This document shows, one piece after another, positions 8,734 through 12,319 of a DNA stretch of 12,319 bases (its first letter is position 1; every line of letters starts with the position of its first letter). The position numbers were made by a program, and so were the translations under genes. The DNA is from Oligoflexus sp. (GTDB lineage Bacteria > Bdellovibrionota_B > Oligoflexia > Oligoflexales > Oligoflexaceae), in the NCBI GenBank assembly GCA_041736305.1, contig JBGSTX010000007.1, forward strand, positions 1 to 12,319, in the 5' to 3' direction. The notes under the pieces are model-generated. The model did no database searches. It had not been told where the DNA came from and saw nothing but the letters and a program-made list of their open reading frames with translations.

Positions 8734-8772
8734 CAAGACTCTCGGCGATAAAGGATGTTTCAAGCAAACGAC

Positions 8773-8781
8773 ACTTTAGCA
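8773..8781 (-). promoter_or_regulatory. Possible extended -10 promoter element for the bor-bor-OMP operon
   Basis: The minus strand reads TGCTAAAGT (consensus TGnTATAAT) about 40 nt upstream of ATG 8733. No good -35 element. Confidence 0.25.
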
Positions 8782-8880
8782 CGAGCGTCAGCCGCCCGAA
8801 ATTACTTATTTCAATCCCCTAGCCGTTTTTGGTGCATAGGCAAAGAGTCGGCAGAAACAAAGCGATTGAGGTTAGCTACC

Positions 8881-8900
8881 AATTAGAGCGAAATCTAATT
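8881..8900. repeat. Perfect 7-bp inverted repeat AATTAGA-N6-TCTAATT, possible operator
   Basis: Seen directly in the non-coding region upstream of the Bor-like genes. Function is inferred. Confidence 0.4.
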
Positions 8901-8981
8901 AAACAGAACCTTCCCAGGATTTTAGGGGAAATTTTGCCTTAAAGCCGGTTGTTGCATCGGCACTATCAAAAGTCGATTATT

Positions 8982-9338
8982 CTAAGGTGCATCCGCTGGT
9001 ATCTCAGCTAAAAACTGTCCCTCCTTCTGATCAAGCTCGCTCGCCACTTGAAGATTGCCTTCAATGTCCTGCCCCGGCAGAGCGTCATCTTCACAAAACT
9101 CATCGCCTTGCCATGCCCCTCCCACCACGAGCGCGCGCAGCTTGCTGTGAGACGAAAGGCAGCCATAGTAATTGACCTGATGCTTGTAGGCAGGAGGAAT
9201 AATCGAAGAAAGCTTTTCTATAAATTCAAGCGGTGAGAGCAGCACGTGCGTGGCGCCATCGAAAGATCTCTTCAGCTCGTAAAGAATATTGCCGTCTTTG
9301 TCCAAACTAATTTTTTCGTTCGATACGGGCCCTCTTAC
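8982..9338 (-). pseudogene. IS91-family (ISCR-like, Y2_Tnp) transposase, internal/3' fragment
   Basis: Extending the ORF upstream gives VRGPVSNEKISLDKDGNILYELKRSFDGATHVLLSPLEFIEKLSSIIPPAYKHQVNYYGCLSSHSKLR. This matches the IS91/ISCR pattern RP.IA.ERL...G.V.Y.LK....DGTTH....PL.F..RLA..VP......R.HG.FAP. The usual distal W..LLKRVF/CxxC tail is missing. Confidence 0.85.
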
Positions 9339-9339
9339 C

Positions 9340-9556
9340 TTCGGCGGTGATCAAGTTGCTACGTAAAATAAGCTATCAGCGCACCTTGCTTATTATCGAG
9401 CACGACATGGCGGTGGTCATGGAATTAGCCGACAAAATTGCGGTGCTGGTCTATGGCCAGGTCATCGCCAATGACAGACCTGACCTCATCAAGCAAAATC
9501 CTCAGGTACGCGCCGCTTACCTGGGAGATGGGAAGCAACTCGATGCTACAAGTTGA
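9340..9556 (+). pseudogene. livG: 3' fragment of a branched-chain amino acid ABC transporter ATP-binding gene (LivG-type)
   Basis: TLLIIEHDMAVVMELADKIAVLVYGQVIA...PDLIKQNPQVRAAYLG is the H-loop plus the LivG C-terminal motif. Walker A/B and the signature motif are absent. Confidence 0.85.
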
Positions 9557-9573
9557 GCAGCTCGACGGCTACT
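9543..9573 (+). pseudogene. livF: First 10 codons of the next ABC ATPase gene (LivF-type), truncated
   Basis: ATG 9543 overlaps the end of livG and reads MLQVEQLDGY, like the LivF start ML.V..L..YYG. Similarity ends abruptly after that. Confidence 0.6.
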
Positions 9574-9676
9574 CCTTACCGGAACAAAAAAATCAGAGGT
9601 TGGTATGGTAGGTCCAAGGCAGCCATTGCTCGGGATGCTGGTATACCTTTGAGCCCCTGTGCCTCCTCACGGCGAT
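9573..9676 (-). mobile_element. Remnant right end of an IS66-like element (transposase C-terminal tip plus short downstream end)
   Basis: Minus-strand translation of 9676-9593 gives IAVRRHRGSKVYQHPEQWLPWTYHTNL*, resembling the P..WLPWNY terminus of IS66-family transposases. The stop lies 20 nt from the livF breakpoint. Not in the ORF track. Confidence 0.55.
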
Positions 9677-9787
9677 CTCATCAGCTTCTTCCTCTGTTGT
9701 TTATTGAGTCACTGAGGGCGGCGGACATCTTATGGATCTGGGGATGTCACTGGCTAGTGACGACAGCTGCCTCTAGCTTGCCGCCCT

Positions 9788-10327
9788 ATGGAGGCAGTAT
9801 CTTTTCCTCAACCCTATCAGTCTCGTCAGCCAGCAGATGGTGTCCTTTACCAGACTCTGGCTGATCATCTTGAGACTTTTCTCTTCGAACGAGAACAAGA
9901 GCACAGACCTCTCCCTGCCTATATCAGCGAGGAGCTTCATGCCTACTTGCGCTGCGGTATTCATCACTACGGATTTTTGAGAGTTTGCTGTCCTGATAGC
10001 AGCTGTGGCTTCGAACATGCTGTCCCTTTTAGCTGCAAAAAAAGAGGTTTTTGCCCGAGTTGTGGTGCCAAGTGTGCTGCTGCTACCGAAGAATATTTGA
10101 TCGATAATCTTTTACCTCTTGCTCCCTATCGTCAGTATGTACTGACCTTCCCCTATTCACTCCGCTATCTTTTGGCCTGGGATGCGGATCTCCTGTCAGC
10201 TGTGCACAAGGTCGTGATCGATAGAATTTACCGATTTATTCGCGATCTTTTGGGAGAGCAGTTTCTGCGCAAAGAGTTTTTTCCTGGCTCCATAACCTTT
10301 GTGCAGCGCTTCGGATCACTTTTGAAT
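9788..10327 (+). pseudogene. IS91-family transposase, 5' fragment (zinc-binding domain and start of Y2_Tnp)
   Basis: Y..RQP....LYQ, YLRCGIHHYGFLRVCC, VPFSCKKRGFCPSCG, LPLAPYRQYVLTFP, ITFVQRFGSLLN. It breaks off just before the expected HUH motif; the ORF-track tail PMLTTAVYRKP (to 10363) comes from the adjacent element. Confidence 0.9.
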
Positions 10328-11284
10328 CCCATGTTGACCACAGCAGTTTATCGTAAACCATGAAGCCTGCTTACACCAAGCAATCCAAGTAACTACAGCT
10401 AGTGACTTGTAGATACAACATTTTATCGTAATATTTCGATATTGATCTTATTTACAAGCAAATATATTCTCCAATGTAGATACAACATTGGGGTGATCGG
10501 CGATGTTTCTACGGGTATCCCAAGTCAAAAGGAAGAACAAATCCTATGCCTACGTTCAATTGGTAGAGAGTTATCGCAGGAAGGAAGATGGTCTACCAGC
10601 CCACCGGGTCGTGGCGAACTTAGGACAGCTCTCAGAGCTTGAGATCGATAATTTGCGTTTGGCCATCAGCGCGTCAAAAACCAATCAAAAGGTAGTCGTT
10701 TCAAAATTATCGAAGGCGACTAGTCTAAAAATCAGCAAGCCACAAAGCAACCTTGTTTATCTGGATCTGGTTGTTCTATTTGAGATCTGGAATCAATTAG
10801 GTATTCAAAAGACCCTGAGGGATGCCCTGTCGTTGGACACTGCCAAAGTACCTGTTGATACTATTATTGCGATTCTCTGCCTGCATAGATGTCAAGATCC
10901 TGGATCAAAACTCTCAGCGACCAGGTGGTATAAGACTACAGCGCTACCGGAAATAACGGGCGTTAGTCTAACATCGTTCAACAATTCGCGTTTACACCGC
11001 GCACTCTATGAACTTGAACAGGCTACTGCAACTCTAATGGCTAAACTGCCAAAGCTGTATGACGAATGCGACTCAGACTCTTCAGCCATGTTCCTGGATA
11101 TCAGTGACGCTTGGTTTTGTGGTGCCGGTCCAAGCCTTGCACAGAAAGGCCTTAGCAAGGATGGTGCTATCAGAAAAAAAATTGGAATCGTTCTACTTTG
11201 TAACCGAGAAGGGCTTCCTTTGAGATGGGACGTTGTTGCTGGTGATAGTCAAGACAGCGTCTCCATGCTGGAAGTGCTAAGTGA
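10328..11284 (+). mobile_element. IS1634-family element, left part only, interrupting the IS91-family gene
   Basis: An AT-rich leader with internal repeats begins exactly where IS91 homology stops and is followed by an IS1634-type transposase. Both boundaries are approximate. Confidence 0.7.
10389..10491. repeat. Subterminal repeats of the IS1634-like element
   Basis: TGTAGATACAACATT occurs at 10408-10422 and 10475-10489, with a related GTAACTACA at 10389-10397. The second copy sits in the inverted repeat CCAATGT-N7-ACATTGG (10471-10491). Confidence 0.75.
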
Positions 11285-11318
11285 CAAATACTTAGAGATC
11301 ACTTCGATCACGGATTGA
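10503..11318 (+). pseudogene. IS1634-family transposase, 3'-truncated
   Basis: The N-terminus MFLR...K....Y.Y.QLVESYR...G.P.HRV.ANLG, HRCQDPGSKLSATRW, RLHRAL..L and the first catalytic Asp region MFLDISDAWFCG....LAQKGLSKDG are typical of the family. It is only 271 aa, roughly half the usual length, and the later DDE residues are missing. Confidence 0.85.
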
Positions 11319-11473
11319 GTATTTCCGCCGCTCTCTTGCGTGAAAACGAAGCACTTAAGAAGGCGGTCGCAGACCTTGCGATTGATAAGGCCATCCTTAA
11401 AGAGGCCAACGCCATTCTCATCAAAAAAAAGCAACTACCCCCACCAGCCTGGTTGCGACAGCCAAAGAAATAA
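11285..11473 (+). pseudogene. IS3-family orfA remnant (no start codon, apparent internal deletion)
   Basis: Reads QILRDHFDHGLSISAA-LLRENEALKKAVADLAIDKAILKEANAILIKKKQLPPPAWLRQPKK*. The start of an HTH is joined directly to the OrfA leucine-zipper-like C-terminus, and an in-frame TGA lies at 11282-11284. Confidence 0.65.
11423..11464 (+). other. Programmed -1 frameshift signal of the IS3-family element
   Basis: A8G at 11423-11431 contains A-AAA-AAG in the orfA frame. The -1 frame is open from there into orfB (KATTPTSLVATAKEIIDGSSYTKTSVCRALGISRAAIYKSPRIINMAFY...). Possible downstream stem TGGTTG-CGA-CAGCCA at 11450-11464. Confidence 0.8.
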
Positions 11474-12318
11474 TTGACGGTTCGTCTTACACGAAGACTT
11501 CTGTTTGCCGCGCTCTCGGTATCTCGAGAGCTGCGATCTACAAATCACCCAGGATAATCAACATGGCTTTCTATCGAAAGGCCGATGACGAGATCTATTT
11601 GCCTGTGATCCGGCAAGTTATCGAGAAGAGGCCGACGTATGGCTATAAGCGCGTGACGGCTCTCGTCAACCGTATTCTCCGAGGCAGTTATAGAGCAGAA
11701 ATAAATCGAAAACGTGTGTATCGACTTATGAAGATGCACGGTCTTATCTTGCCTAAATCAGGCGAGAAGCGCATTAATCATGAGGGTACAGGACAAGTAA
11801 TGACGCTACATTCTAACACCCGCTGGTGCTCTGATGCGTTCGAAATAAAATGTTGGAATGGAGAGAAAGTTTTCGTTGCATTTTCTCTCGACTGTTGCGA
11901 TCGTGAGGCGATTCATTTCGTTTCTTCAGTCGAGCCTCTCACGCAGAAGAATATTGCAGAGTTGATAATCTGCTCAGCTGGCAAACGTTTCACATCAGGA
12001 CGGCACGATCGAGTGATCCAGTGGCTGACCGACCGAGGTTCGATCTACAGGGCTGGTTTTACGCAAGAAGTCGCTAGAAGTGTGAATTTCCAGCCTTGCT
12101 ATACGGCGGCCTACAGTCCTTCTTCCAATGGGATGGCGGAATCCTTTGTGGGTACTTTCAAGCGAGATTACGTCTACTCAAACGATTGTTACAGCGCAGA
12201 GGAAGTGATGAAGATGCTTCCCGAGTGGTTTGACGACTACAACTCTCAGGCTCCGCATTCAGCCTTAGGCATGCTAAGCCCTCGAGAATTCATTGAGAAA
12301 AACACCCGTGTCAACTGA
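11428..12318 (+). CDS. IS3-family (IS2-like) transposase OrfB, DDE integrase core
   Basis: VCRALGISRAAIY and YGYKRVTALV...NRKRVYRLM motifs; DDE triad in WCSDAFE / WLTDRGS / SNGMAESFVGTFKRDY; YN..APHSALGMLSPREF. The reading frame extends upstream of the ORF-track ATG 11563 to the slippery site. The right end lies outside the window. Confidence 0.93.
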   Translation, partial: KATTPTSLVATAKEIIDGSSYTKTSVCRALGISRAAIYKSPRIINMAFYRKADDEIYLPVIRQVIEKRPTYGYKRVTALVNRILRGSYRAEINRKRVYRLMKMHGLILPKSGEKRINHEGTGQVMTLHSNTRWCSDAFEIKCWNGEKVFVAFSLDCCDREAIHFVSSVEPLTQKNIAELIICSAGKRFTSGRHDRVIQWLTDRGSIYRAGFTQEVARSVNFQPCYTAAYSPSSNGMAESFVGTFKRDYVYSNDCYSAEEVMKMLPEWFDDYNSQAPHSALGMLSPREFIEKNTRVN

Positions 12319-12319
12319 A

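Noticed and set aside
399-8751. Many short alternative-frame and antisense ORFs in the ORF track (e.g. 399-728, 2198-2482, 5693-6061, 7271-7636, 8404-8751)
   Set aside because: They overlap well-supported genes and carry no recognisable motifs; treated as shadow ORFs.
8807-8823. TTTCAATCCCCTAG resembling an IS91/ISCR oriIS
   Set aside because: Only a partial match, in the wrong orientation for the neighbouring minus-strand transposase piece, and inside the likely Bor promoter region.
8764-8981. Sigma-54 (-24/-12) promoter for the Bor-like operon
   Set aside because: No TGGCAC-N5-TTGC-like site found. The closest candidate on the minus strand (GGCTGACGCTCGTGC) has GG-N11-GC spacing.
9582-9585. 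GAAC as the terIS tetranucleotide of the IS91-family element
   Set aside because: It is only 4 bp, and the surrounding 100 bp is better explained as an IS66-like right end on the minus strand.
9753-10406. GCTAGTGAC shared between 9753-9761 and 10398-10406
   Set aside because: A single 9-bp match between different elements that does not coincide with breakpoints; compatible with chance.
10347-10491. CRISPR-like or other array
   Set aside because: Only two copies of each short repeat with irregular spacing, and no cas genes; better explained as IS subterminal repeats.
11269-11284. TGGAAGTG... as the left inverted repeat of the IS3-family element
   Set aside because: It starts with TG but also reads naturally as IS1634 coding sequence (MLEVLS). 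The right end is outside the window, so it cannot be verified.

Overview
The window has two parts. (1) 1-8763 is intact, envelope-related coding sequence. On the + strand is a tightly packed putative operon: a 5'-truncated, Cys-rich, probably beta-propeller protein; a lipobox + single-POTRA Omp85-like outer-membrane protein; a DUF4390-like periplasmic protein; an NtrY-like HAMP histidine kinase without a PAS domain; and a sigma-54 response regulator with an intact GAFTGA motif. Converging on it from the - strand are two Bor/Iss-like lipoprotein genes and a predicted outer-membrane beta-barrel gene. (2) About 8980-12319 is a mosaic of broken mobile DNA: an IS91-family transposase 3' piece (-), a 235-bp livG/livF junction fragment (+), an unannotated IS66-like transposase C-terminal tip (-), an IS91-family 5' piece (+), a truncated IS1634-family element (+), and an IS3-family (IS2-like) element with an apparently deleted orfA, a -1 frameshift site and a complete-looking orfB. 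The best candidate for a new system is the Omp85-DUF4390-kinase-bEBP unit, which may be a trans-envelope signalling chain. All family calls come from motif recognition by eye; no searches were run. The gene style suggests Bdellovibrionota/Oligoflexia or a myxobacteria-like organism (inference only).
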